37,761 bases of DNA from an uncultured Opitutia bacterium (GTDB taxonomy: Bacteria > Verrucomicrobiota > Verrucomicrobiia > Opitutales > JABJCN01), in contig CAJWWL010000002.1 in NCBI GenBank assembly GCA_913048125.1, forward strand, positions 1 to 37,761, given 5' to 3'. Shown here piece after piece: positions 9,037 through 16,512 of the stretch (positions are counted from its first letter, which is position 1; each line of letters opens with the position of its first letter). Under the pieces are notes generated by a model, which did no database searches, was not told the DNA's origin, and saw only the letters and a program-made list of their open reading frames with translations. Both the position numbers and the translations under genes were made by a program.

Positions 9037-9723
9037 CTAATCTCCAATAAAACGGTAGCCCACCCCACGAACAGTCTCAATGTATTCCGAAGCAGCACCA
9101 AGCTTCTTCCGTAGACGCCGCATGTGAGTGTCTACAGTTCGAGTGAAAACGTCCGCCTCGTATTCCCAAACATCCTCGAGCAATCTTTCGCGGGACTGGA
9201 TACGACCTTGGCGACGAGCCAAGATGAATAGGAGTTTGAATTCGGTGACCGTTAAAGGTACTTTTTTGCCAAGATAGGTAACTTCGTGCCTCTCTGGATC
9301 TATAACAAGATCCTTCAACTCGATAACAGAGGGTTGCTTGTCGCTAACCAACCGACCGCGACGTAAAATGTTTTTGATACGCAATACTAGCTCACGCGGA
9401 CTAAAGGGCTTGGTCACGTAATCGTCGGCGCCCACCTCTAAACCGATTACCCGATCTATCTCATCCGCCTTGGCTGTAAGCATTAGAATAGGAATTTCAG
9501 TAGTTTCCGGATTACGCCGAAGAGTCTTGCAAACCTCGATTCCATCAACCTCGGGCAACATAAGATCAAGAACTATGACGTCCGGTTGGTGACGGCGTGC
9601 CATTTCTAGGGCCTTAGTCCCGTTAGCCGCGGTGAACACCTGGTAGCCAGCACCGTTTAAATTGTACTCGATCAACTCAAGAGCATCAGGCTCATCGTCG
9701 ACGACAAGAACTCTAGTTTTCAT
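9037..9723 (-). CDS. phoB: PhoB-type OmpR-family response regulator
   Basis: The receiver domain shows VLVVDDEPD ... DVIVLDLMLPEVDG ... LTAK. The winged-helix C-terminal domain shows LTVTEFKLLFILA ... VDTHMRRLRKKL ... IETVRGVGYRF. Confidence 0.88.
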   Translation of the reverse strand: MKTRVLVVDDEPDALELIEYNLNGAGYQVFTAANGTKALEMARRHQPDVIVLDLMLPEVDGIEVCKTLRRNPETTEIPILMLTAKADEIDRVIGLEVGADDYVTKPFSPRELVLRIKNILRRGRLVSDKQPSVIELKDLVIDPERHEVTYLGKKVPLTVTEFKLLFILARRQGRIQSRERLLEDVWEYEADVFTRTVDTHMRRLRKKLGAASEYIETVRGVGYRFIGD

Positions 9724-9774
9724 CTAGATTTAAAGGGCAGGGTTTCGAATTCAGGAATGAGTATACTCAGAGAG

Positions 9775-9814
9775 TGTGACAGGATTGAGAAATTTGTGTT
9801 ACGGTTATGTGAAA
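9775..9814 (-). promoter_or_regulatory. Pho-box-like array upstream of phoB (four 7-bp direct repeats at 11-bp phasing)
   Basis: The minus strand reads TTTCACA taac CGTAACA caaa TTTCTCA atcc TGTCACA. On the plus strand the repeats start at 9808, 9797, 9786 and 9775. A -10-like TATACT (9765-9760) follows 9 nt later, and the phoB ATG is at 9723. Confidence 0.55.
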
Positions 9815-9884
9815 TAGAAGGAGGGCTATAGTGAAAATGGAGCACACCGGCGAGACACTTAAGGCGAAAAGACACTTTATCGTA

Positions 9885-10724
9885 CTATTTAGCTAATTGC
9901 TTGAGAACATTGTATTGTCGGTAATTAAGGCCACTGAAGGGAACACCGTCCAAACAAATACTGTAGCGCTGACGCACCTTCTCCTCAGAAAGCGGAACAA
10001 AAGGTTTATCACTCCGGTAGTCAATGTGAGTGACTGCGTACAGCATGCAGGTTAGACGTGCGTAGAGTTTATTATTGGAATTAACTAAAACCCAAGGACT
10101 TAGGGAAGAGGAGCAGCGCGCAAACATCTGCTCTTTGTATTTGGTGAAGATATCCCATTTGGAGCGTACCATCTGGTCATTCTTGGAATATTTCCAGTAT
10201 TTGAGGGGATCAACAATACGCTCTTCAAAACGATAAAGTTGGGTAGCCTTATCCACAGAGAGGTAGAACTTAATGAGGATCACCCCCTCCCGTATAAGAT
10301 CTTCCTCCCAATCAAGTACCTTATTCATGAAGTACTTGTACTGACTACGCTTACAGTAGCCCATTGTGGGTTCAATGAGTGCGCGGTTGTACCATGAACG
10401 ATCAAAAAAAACCAACTCCCCCGGACCAGGCATATGCTTAGTGTAACGCTGAAACCAACGTTTGGACTCAGAGGATGTAGGTGTACCCAATTCCACGACA
10501 CGAAGGTACTTCGGCATCATGTTCTCAACAAAACGCTTAATGGTGGAGCCCTTACCCGCTGCATCGCGACCTTCGAACACAAAGGCAACTCTTTGGCGCT
10601 CTTCAACTATCCACTGCTGTAAGTTCAACAGTTCCACCTGCAACCGTTTCTTCTCTCGGGTGTAAGTCGAATAGGCAATATCCTTGTAGAAATCAAAAAC
10701 TGCCTTCTGAATTTTTTGTTTCAT
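9885..10724 (-). CDS. ppk2: Polyphosphate kinase 2 (PPK2 family)
   Basis: Motifs VFEGRDAAGKGSTIKR (Walker A) and VFFDRSWYNR, the KYWKYSKND region and SPWVLVNSNNKLYARL match the PPK2 family pattern. Confidence 0.9.
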   Translation of the reverse strand: MKQKIQKAVFDFYKDIAYSTYTREKKRLQVELLNLQQWIVEERQRVAFVFEGRDAAGKGSTIKRFVENMMPKYLRVVELGTPTSSESKRWFQRYTKHMPGPGELVFFDRSWYNRALIEPTMGYCKRSQYKYFMNKVLDWEEDLIREGVILIKFYLSVDKATQLYRFEERIVDPLKYWKYSKNDQMVRSKWDIFTKYKEQMFARCSSSLSPWVLVNSNNKLYARLTCMLYAVTHIDYRSDKPFVPLSEEKVRQRYSICLDGVPFSGLNYRQYNVLKQLAK

Positions 10725-10842
10725 TGATTAAGGGGTGATAAATATAGAGTGCTGCAATAGTAGGGCAATTCTCGGAGAGTAAAATCTTTATATTGTGACA
10801 ATTGGAGGGGATGTGGAGGGTTTGTGGAAGTTCCTTAGGGGT

Positions 10843-10882
10843 TGTAACATAATTGTAACATTTCTGAAACGCTCACGTGACT
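10843..10882 (+). promoter_or_regulatory. Pho-box-like array upstream of the phoU-pst operon
   Basis: The plus strand reads TGTAACA taat TGTAACA tttc TGAAACG ctca CGTGACT, with repeats starting at 10843, 10854, 10865 and 10876. The first two repeats are identical. The operon ATG is at 10919. A further pair, TGTGGAG ggtt TGTGGAA, lies at 10812-10829. Confidence 0.55.
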
Positions 10883-10918
10883 GAAAATATTTAGTATATA
10901 GAGGATAATTAATCCCCC

Positions 10919-12049
10919 ATGGAAGAAAACCCCGCTCCTCATCTAGAAGCCAGTCTCCGGCAGGACACCGAACGAATTCGCAAGCGCGTGAGCGAGATGG
11001 CTGATTTAGTCACCAAGGCATTAGAGGAGAGTAGTCATGCACTTTTCAACCGTCAAGGAGCAGTGGCCTACTCAGTTATCCTGCGTGACCAAAAGATAGA
11101 CGACCTTGAGCAGGAAATTGACCGTCTTTGCCTAGAATTCCTTGTGCGCCAGCAACCAGTAGCAGGCTCGCTGCGTTTCGCTTACGCCACTATCAAGATC
11201 AACCAAGAGCTGGAACGAATTGGAGACTATGCTGCAAGTATTGCCCGAGAAGCCCTGATCCTCAATTCGATGGATATTGACATCGATTACAGCGACTTTC
11301 GGAAGCTCGCTGAGGTTGCTGTTAAAATGTTGGATAAGGCTGTAAGAGCTTTTCTTGAAGAAAATTCGGACCTTGCTTGGGATACGATCAAGGAAGATGA
11401 CGCTACAAGCACACTGCGAGATGATATAAACGAGACACTCATCTTATTGCGAGAGCGGGACAAGTTGCCAATGGAGGCTATGACCTCCCTTATGACAGTG
11501 GCTCGACGCTATGAGCGTGCCTCCAACCAGTCGGCAAATATTTGCGAGGAGTCCCTCTACATGTGTACTGGCAAGTTTATGAAACACCTTGGGACTGAGG
11601 TCTTTCGTGTGCTTTTCGTAGATGAGACCAACTCCTGCACCACACAGATTGCGGAAGCAGTTGGAAACTCTCTTCAATTTGAAAACTTCATATTCAGCAG
11701 CGCAGGAATCGAACCCAAACGGGTCGATGAGCATACCGTCCGATTTCTCCTAGATAAGGGGATCGATATTACCAACAAGATCACCAAATCAGTAGCTCAC
11801 ATACCAAATCTCGAGCATTACCACGTAGTGATCGCGTTTTCTAAGACAGCCAAAAAAGTCTTCCCTCCCCCACCTACGCGTACCATTGGCATGAGATGGA
11901 AAGTAAAGGACCCATCAGAATTCAATGGTTCCGAAGCGGAAAAGGAAGAGGCTTATGAAAACACCTTCAATTACTTGAAAGAACAAGTCCAGGATCTCGT
12001 GCAGGCTTTTCTGGGCGAACAAAAATCTCACACTAAACCAATCGAATGA
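10919..12049 (+). CDS. phoU: PhoU-domain protein fused to a degenerate ArsC/LMW-PTP-fold domain
   Basis: Residues 1 to about 220 form two PhoU repeats (INQELERIGDYAASIA and ARRYERASNQSANICEE). Residues about 228-370 show the LMW-PTP/ArsC pattern: RVLFVDETNSCTTQIAEAV ... FSSAGIEP ... WKVKDPS. The 3' end overlaps pstS by 4 nt (ATGA). Confidence 0.85.
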   Translation: MEENPAPHLEASLRQDTERIRKRVSEMADLVTKALEESSHALFNRQGAVAYSVILRDQKIDDLEQEIDRLCLEFLVRQQPVAGSLRFAYATIKINQELERIGDYAASIAREALILNSMDIDIDYSDFRKLAEVAVKMLDKAVRAFLEENSDLAWDTIKEDDATSTLRDDINETLILLRERDKLPMEAMTSLMTVARRYERASNQSANICEESLYMCTGKFMKHLGTEVFRVLFVDETNSCTTQIAEAVGNSLQFENFIFSSAGIEPKRVDEHTVRFLLDKGIDITNKITKSVAHIPNLEHYHVVIAFSKTAKKVFPPPPTRTIGMRWKVKDPSEFNGSEAEKEEAYENTFNYLKEQVQDLVQAFLGEQKSHTKPIE

Positions 12050-12954
12050 AAAATCAAAAGAGCATAATCAGCAATCTGTTTACACTCGGGATAGTCACCT
12101 CCGCAATATTCCTCTCCTCCGGTTGTGGAGGAGGCGGCTCTAATGCCGGGGGAGACGGCAAGATCCTCATCCAAAATGCCGGTTCCGACACCATGGTCAA
12201 TCTGGCCCAAGCTTGGTCGGAGAAATATGCCACTATCGAGCCTACCGTGTCAGTTGAAGTCGCTGGTGGTGGTTCTGGTACTGGCGTCGCAGCCCTTATC
12301 AATGGCACAACCGATATCGCTAACTGCTCTCGCTCAATGAAAGAAAGTGAGGTTGAAAAAGCCAAGACAAATGGAGGGAAGGATCCCAAGGAATACATAA
12401 TGGGTTTCGACGCACTTGCAGTATACGTCCACAAGGATAACCCAATGGAATCCATCACGATACAGCAATTGGCTGCTATATATGGTGAAAAAGGAGAAGT
12501 CACCAAGTGGTCGCAGCTCGGTATTGAAGCACCCGGCGGAAAGGACGAAATTATCCGTCTCTCCCGTCAGTCCAATTCTGGAACCTACGCATATTTTCGC
12601 GAAGCTATTCTGGGTAAAGATGGTGATTTTAAGCTAGGGTCCCGGGATCTGCATGGATCTAAAGATGTAGTAGAAACTGTTGCTTCTACTGAATCTGCAA
12701 TTGGATACAGTGGCATGGGATACGCGACAGATCACGTCAAGATGCTTAAGGTGGCCAAAAAGGAAGGTGCTGATGCCTATGCCCCTTCAGTAGAGAACAC
12801 CCTTAGCAAGGCTTATCCGATAGCCCGTCCCCTTTTCATGTACACCCTTGGAGAGCCTGAAGGCGCCGTTAAGGCATACATGGACTGGTGCCTCGGACCA
12901 GATGGACAGAAGATTGTTGAAGAAAGCGGATATGTTGCAAACCCTACCGATTAA
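12046..12954 (+). CDS. pstS: Phosphate ABC transporter substrate-binding lipoprotein PstS
   Basis: The lipobox is IFLSSGC. PstS-family motifs are GSDTMVNLAQAW, VAGGGSGTG, SRQSNSGTY and IGYSGMGY. Confidence 0.92.
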   Translation: MKNQKSIISNLFTLGIVTSAIFLSSGCGGGGSNAGGDGKILIQNAGSDTMVNLAQAWSEKYATIEPTVSVEVAGGGSGTGVAALINGTTDIANCSRSMKESEVEKAKTNGGKDPKEYIMGFDALAVYVHKDNPMESITIQQLAAIYGEKGEVTKWSQLGIEAPGGKDEIIRLSRQSNSGTYAYFREAILGKDGDFKLGSRDLHGSKDVVETVASTESAIGYSGMGYATDHVKMLKVAKKEGADAYAPSVENTLSKAYPIARPLFMYTLGEPEGAVKAYMDWCLGPDGQKIVEESGYVANPTD

Positions 12955-12984
12955 TCTTTGACACTAATTACCCAAATGAATCTC

Positions 12985-13008
12985 GGCCTGCCGGAGTCCC
13001 GGCGGGCC
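12985..13008 (+). promoter_or_regulatory. Intercistronic GC-rich stem-loop between pstS and pstC
   Basis: The sequence ggcctgccgg agtc ccggcgggcc forms a 10-bp stem (one G-U pair) with a 4-nt loop. It starts 31 nt after the pstS stop and has no U-tract. Confidence 0.45.
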
Positions 13009-13027
13009 ATAAAGTATCAGTCAAAAC

Positions 13028-13951
13028 TTGAGAAAAAGCCTCACTACTAGGCAGATCGTCGCGGAATGGATCATTGAAAACCTGATTCGCCTATGCGGAA
13101 TCAGTGCGATCCTATTTGTTTTTGGTATCTTCTTCTTTGTCTTTAGAGAAGGAGCACCCTTGCTCTTTGGTGAGGGCGGGTTTGACCTAATCAAGTTTCT
13201 GACCAGTCCAGAATGGTATCCATCTTCGAATTCCAATCCACGGTATGGAATACTAGCACTGATTTTAGGGACTGCCAGCGTAAGTTGCTTAGCTGTACTT
13301 ATCTCAGTACCCTTTGGATTGGGAGCAGCCATCTTTATCTCTGAGTTTTGCGGGCCAAAGCTCAAAGAAGGATTAAAGATTGTTATCGAGTTGCTAGCAG
13401 CAATACCTTCTGTGGTGTGGGGCTTCATTGGGCTAACCCTCATGAAGGGTATCATTGAGTCCGTCTTCGGCGTCCCATTTGGGCTTACCGTACTCAATGG
13501 CGCAATCATTCTCGCGCTTATGTGCCTGCCCATTATTGTATCTATCAGTGAAGATGCACTGCGGGCAGTTCCGGATTCCTACCGAGAAGCCGCTCAGGGC
13601 TTAGGTGCTACACGGTGGCAACTCATTTATCGTGTTCTACTGCCTGCAGCCAAAAACGGACTTTTAGCTGCCGTGCTGCTCGGTGTAGGTCGGGCAGTTG
13701 GTGAAACGATGGCGGTTCTGATGGCCACTGGCCATGCAGTCAATATTCCAATCGATGGAACACCACCCTATTTCCATGCGCTGGATTCAGTACGCACCCT
13801 TACAGCAACAATTGCTGCCGAACTTGGTGAGACTGCTCAAGGCTCTCCACACTACCGCGTACTATTCCTGATCGGGATCTTCCTATTCTGCATCACATTT
13901 ACCATTAATCTTGTCGCGGATCTTGTGGTACGCGGCATTCGCAAGGAGTAG
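13028..13951 (+). CDS. pstC: Phosphate ABC transporter permease PstC
   Basis: The protein is a multi-pass permease with the EAA-like loop SEDALRAVPDSYREAAQGLGATRWQ. The start is a TTG at 13028; there is no in-frame ATG near the 5' end after the upstream stop at 13010-13012. Confidence 0.9.
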   Translation: MRKSLTTRQIVAEWIIENLIRLCGISAILFVFGIFFFVFREGAPLLFGEGGFDLIKFLTSPEWYPSSNSNPRYGILALILGTASVSCLAVLISVPFGLGAAIFISEFCGPKLKEGLKIVIELLAAIPSVVWGFIGLTLMKGIIESVFGVPFGLTVLNGAIILALMCLPIIVSISEDALRAVPDSYREAAQGLGATRWQLIYRVLLPAAKNGLLAAVLLGVGRAVGETMAVLMATGHAVNIPIDGTPPYFHALDSVRTLTATIAAELGETAQGSPHYRVLFLIGIFLFCITFTINLVADLVVRGIRKE

Positions 13952-13960
13952 CAAAGCGCC

Positions 13961-14845
13961 ATGTTCCAAGAAACTCAGCATGTTAAGCGCAAGAAGAGGG
14001 CCGAGAGAACTGCTCAGGGCGTCTTCCTTGGCATGACCTTGTGTATGGTCCTACCTCTTATCGCAGTGGTCGGGTTTTTGATCTACAAAGCCTCCCCGGT
14101 GCTATCAATAGACTTTATCATGGATGCTCCCGAGAGGGGGATGCGGGCAGGAGGCATATGGCCAGCTTTCTGGGGCACGGTATGTCTAGTTTTCTTCTCG
14201 GTAATAATTGCTGCACCTGTGGGCGTACTGGCAGCTGTCTATCTTCATGAATACGCCCCTGAAAACTGGTTCACCCGCATGGTGAATCTCGCGGTATTCA
14301 ATTTGGCTGGTGTGCCCAGCATCGTGCATGCTTTATTCGGGCTAGGGGCATTCGTTCTATTTGCAGGACTAGGTAAGTCCATCCTCGCCGCCTCGCTTAC
14401 GCTAGCGATTATGACTTTCCCTGTCATCATTGAAAGCACCAAGGAATCATTAGCTGCAGTGCCTCGTTCCTTTCGAGAAGCCTGTTGGAATGTTGGTGCT
14501 ACGCGATGGCAGACGATCCGAGGCGTTGTCTTACCCAACTCCACAAGCGGAATCCTAACAGGTATCATTCTGGAAGTATGTCGCGCAGCCGGTGAAACAG
14601 CACCAATAATGTTCACAGGAGCCGTTTTCTTCAAGGCAGTACAGGGAGGCGATGTTTTCGCTTACGGTCCTATGGATCAGTGTATGGCACTCTCCATGCA
14701 CTTACATACGATTTCTACGCAAGTCCCGGGCGTACCTGAGGCAATCCCTTTTGCAACTGCAGTAGTGCTTCTTGGAACTGTTCTCGTCGTCAACGCCACA
14801 GCCATCGTGTTGCGTGTCATAATCCGCACCCGTAAGAAATGGTAG
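13961..14845 (+). CDS. pstA: Phosphate ABC transporter permease PstA
   Basis: The protein is a multi-pass permease with the loop TKESLAAVPRSFREACWNVGATRWQTI. The 3' end overlaps the next gene by 7 nt (ATGGTAG). Confidence 0.9.
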   Translation: MFQETQHVKRKKRAERTAQGVFLGMTLCMVLPLIAVVGFLIYKASPVLSIDFIMDAPERGMRAGGIWPAFWGTVCLVFFSVIIAAPVGVLAAVYLHEYAPENWFTRMVNLAVFNLAGVPSIVHALFGLGAFVLFAGLGKSILAASLTLAIMTFPVIIESTKESLAAVPRSFREACWNVGATRWQTIRGVVLPNSTSGILTGIILEVCRAAGETAPIMFTGAVFFKAVQGGDVFAYGPMDQCMALSMHLHTISTQVPGVPEAIPFATAVVLLGTVLVVNATAIVLRVIIRTRKKW

Positions 14846-15654
14846 CTACAAGCCAAAACCCGTCCAAGATTCGGATCGAAAACCTTGGGGTCTCTTACGG
14901 ACCTGATCCAGCTCTGCGAAGCCTCAGCATGGACATACCTCGCAACGAGGTCTTCGGAATCATTGGCCCAGCTCAATCAGGCAAGACAACACTTCTTAAG
15001 ACTCTAAACCGAACCATAGATCTTGTTCCAGAAGCCAGCGTCAAGGGCTCTGTTTACATCGATGATGAGGCAGTTGTCGATGCGCCCGAGCCAGTACCTG
15101 CAAAATCACTAACTCGGCACGGATTGCGGGATGTCTGCGGATACCGAAGACGTATTGGTATGGTTGCTCCCCTACCAGTAGGCCTACCGATGACTATTTA
15201 CGACAACGTAGCATTCGCACCTCGCCAAGCAGGAGTTAAGGAGCGAGGGCAGTTGGATGAAATCGTTGAGCGTTGTCTTACCCAAGCGGCCTTATGGGAC
15301 GAGGTAAAGGATCGTCTCACTACGTTGGGTACCAAGCTCTCTGGAGGCCAGCAACAACGGTTGACAATAGCCCGTGCTCTTTCACACGAACCTGAAGTTC
15401 TGTGTCTCGACGAATTCTCTATTGCTATCGATCCCGTTACTACGATGCGCATTGAGGACGTTTTGCGGGAGCTACAGTCTGAAATGACAATAATTCTTGT
15501 CACCAACCTAGTCCAGCAGGCACGACGGCTTGCCCGACAGACGGCCTTCATTTTAAACGGTGAACTCGTCGAGCTCGATGATACAGAGGCCATTTTCTCT
15601 GGTGAGGCAAATGACCCTAGGACCAACGAATTTGTGAGCGGAATATTTGGATGA
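14839..15654 (+). CDS. pstB: PstB-like ABC ATPase, divergent paralog (degenerate Q-loop and H-loop)
   Basis: Walker A GPAQSGKT, signature LSGGQQQRL and Walker B VLCLDE are intact. The Q-loop position reads GMVAPLP where canonical PstB has GMVFQKP. The H-loop reads VTNLVQQ where canonical PstB has VTHNMQQ. A roughly 13-aa insert precedes the Q-loop. Confidence 0.85.
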   Translation: MVATSQNPSKIRIENLGVSYGPDPALRSLSMDIPRNEVFGIIGPAQSGKTTLLKTLNRTIDLVPEASVKGSVYIDDEAVVDAPEPVPAKSLTRHGLRDVCGYRRRIGMVAPLPVGLPMTIYDNVAFAPRQAGVKERGQLDEIVERCLTQAALWDEVKDRLTTLGTKLSGGQQQRLTIARALSHEPEVLCLDEFSIAIDPVTTMRIEDVLRELQSEMTIILVTNLVQQARRLARQTAFILNGELVELDDTEAIFSGEANDPRTNEFVSGIFG

Positions 15655-16430
15655 GCGAACCCGACCCAAATTACAGCGTCAATGTACGCGACTTCAGTCT
15701 CTGGTACGGTGACTTCCAGGCACTTAAAAATGTTAGCCTCAACCTTCGCGACGGTATCATAACTAGCCTGATTGGCCCATCAGGTTGCGGAAAGACAACT
15801 CTTCTGCGTTCTTTCAATCGCATCAACGAGCGATACGGTAACGTAACCACCTCTGGTGAAATCACTATTTTAGAAAAAAATATCCTAGACGCAGATGTCT
15901 CTCTGCCTGAACTACGTAAAAGCGTGGGTATGGTCTTTCAGCGTCCCAATCCGCTACCGGTATCCATTTACGAAAATATAATCTTCGGCCTGCGTATTCA
16001 CTCTGACCGTAAGGATTTACGTCGCAGTGAGATGGACGAGGCTGTGGAAACCGCACTCCGCCAAGTTCGACTCTGGGATGATCTTAAAGATAAGCTCAAG
16101 AACCGCGCAACATCACTACAGCTTGAACAACAGCAAAAGCTTTGCATCGCCCGTCTATTGCCACTGAAACCCCGCATTATCCTTATGGATGAGCCTTGTT
16201 CTGCCCTCGATGTGGATGGAACTCGAGCTGTTGAGGAACTAATGGTTAGTCTAGCTGACGACTATACGATATTGATTGTTACTCATAACATGGCACAAGC
16301 TCGCCGTGTCAGTCAGGAGTGTATCTTTATGCTTCTCGGTGAAATCATAGAGCACGACCGCACTGAGCAAATATTCCTCTCTCCGAGAAACCAAAAGACT
16401 ACTGAGTATATTGAAGGCCGCTACGGCTGA
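15651..16430 (+). CDS. pstB: PstB ABC ATPase (canonical catalytic motifs, degenerate signature motif)
   Basis: Walker A GPSGCGKT, Q-loop GMVFQRPNP, Walker B ILMDEPCSALD and H-loop VTHNMAQARR are intact. The ABC signature reads LQLEQQQKL in place of LSGGQQQRL. The start overlaps the previous gene by 4 nt (ATGA). Confidence 0.9.
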   Translation: MSEPDPNYSVNVRDFSLWYGDFQALKNVSLNLRDGIITSLIGPSGCGKTTLLRSFNRINERYGNVTTSGEITILEKNILDADVSLPELRKSVGMVFQRPNPLPVSIYENIIFGLRIHSDRKDLRRSEMDEAVETALRQVRLWDDLKDKLKNRATSLQLEQQQKLCIARLLPLKPRIILMDEPCSALDVDGTRAVEELMVSLADDYTILIVTHNMAQARRVSQECIFMLLGEIIEHDRTEQIFLSPRNQKTTEYIEGRYG

Positions 16431-16476
16431 GGGCTATCGCTCTCTACTGCTTTAAGTCTGATAGCTTTTTCAGTTT

Positions 16477-16512
16477 ATAAAAAAGGCTGCCGAACCCGTC
16501 GGTTCGGCAGCC
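16477..16512 (-). terminator. Intrinsic terminator downstream of recJ, also facing the end of the pst operon
   Basis: The minus strand reads GGCTGCCGAACC gacg GGTTCGGCAGCC TTTTTTAT: a perfect 12-bp stem, a 4-nt loop and a T6 tract. On the plus strand the same hairpin follows pstB2 but has no T-tract. A weaker plus-strand candidate is GCTATC (16433-16438) / GATAGC (16460-16465) followed by TTTTT. Confidence 0.7.

Noticed and set aside
11621-11635. Reading VDETN in the PhoU fusion as a HAD-type DxDxT phosphatase motif
   Set aside because: The sequence is D-E-T, not D-x-D-x-T. The surrounding sequence aligns colinearly with the LMW-PTP/ArsC P-loop, not with a HAD Rossmannoid core.
12054-13533. 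Long antisense ORFs inside pstS and pstC (12054..12506, 13021..13533). Similar shadow ORFs are 15198..15626, 19806..20285, 14245..14634, 6571..6996, 36025..36510, 36891..37307, 2735..3091 and 22125..22424.
   Set aside because: Each lies wholly within a gene that has strong family motifs on the other strand or in another frame. Their translations are Ser/Arg/Pro-rich, low-complexity and motif-free, which is typical of shadow frames in moderately GC-rich coding DNA.
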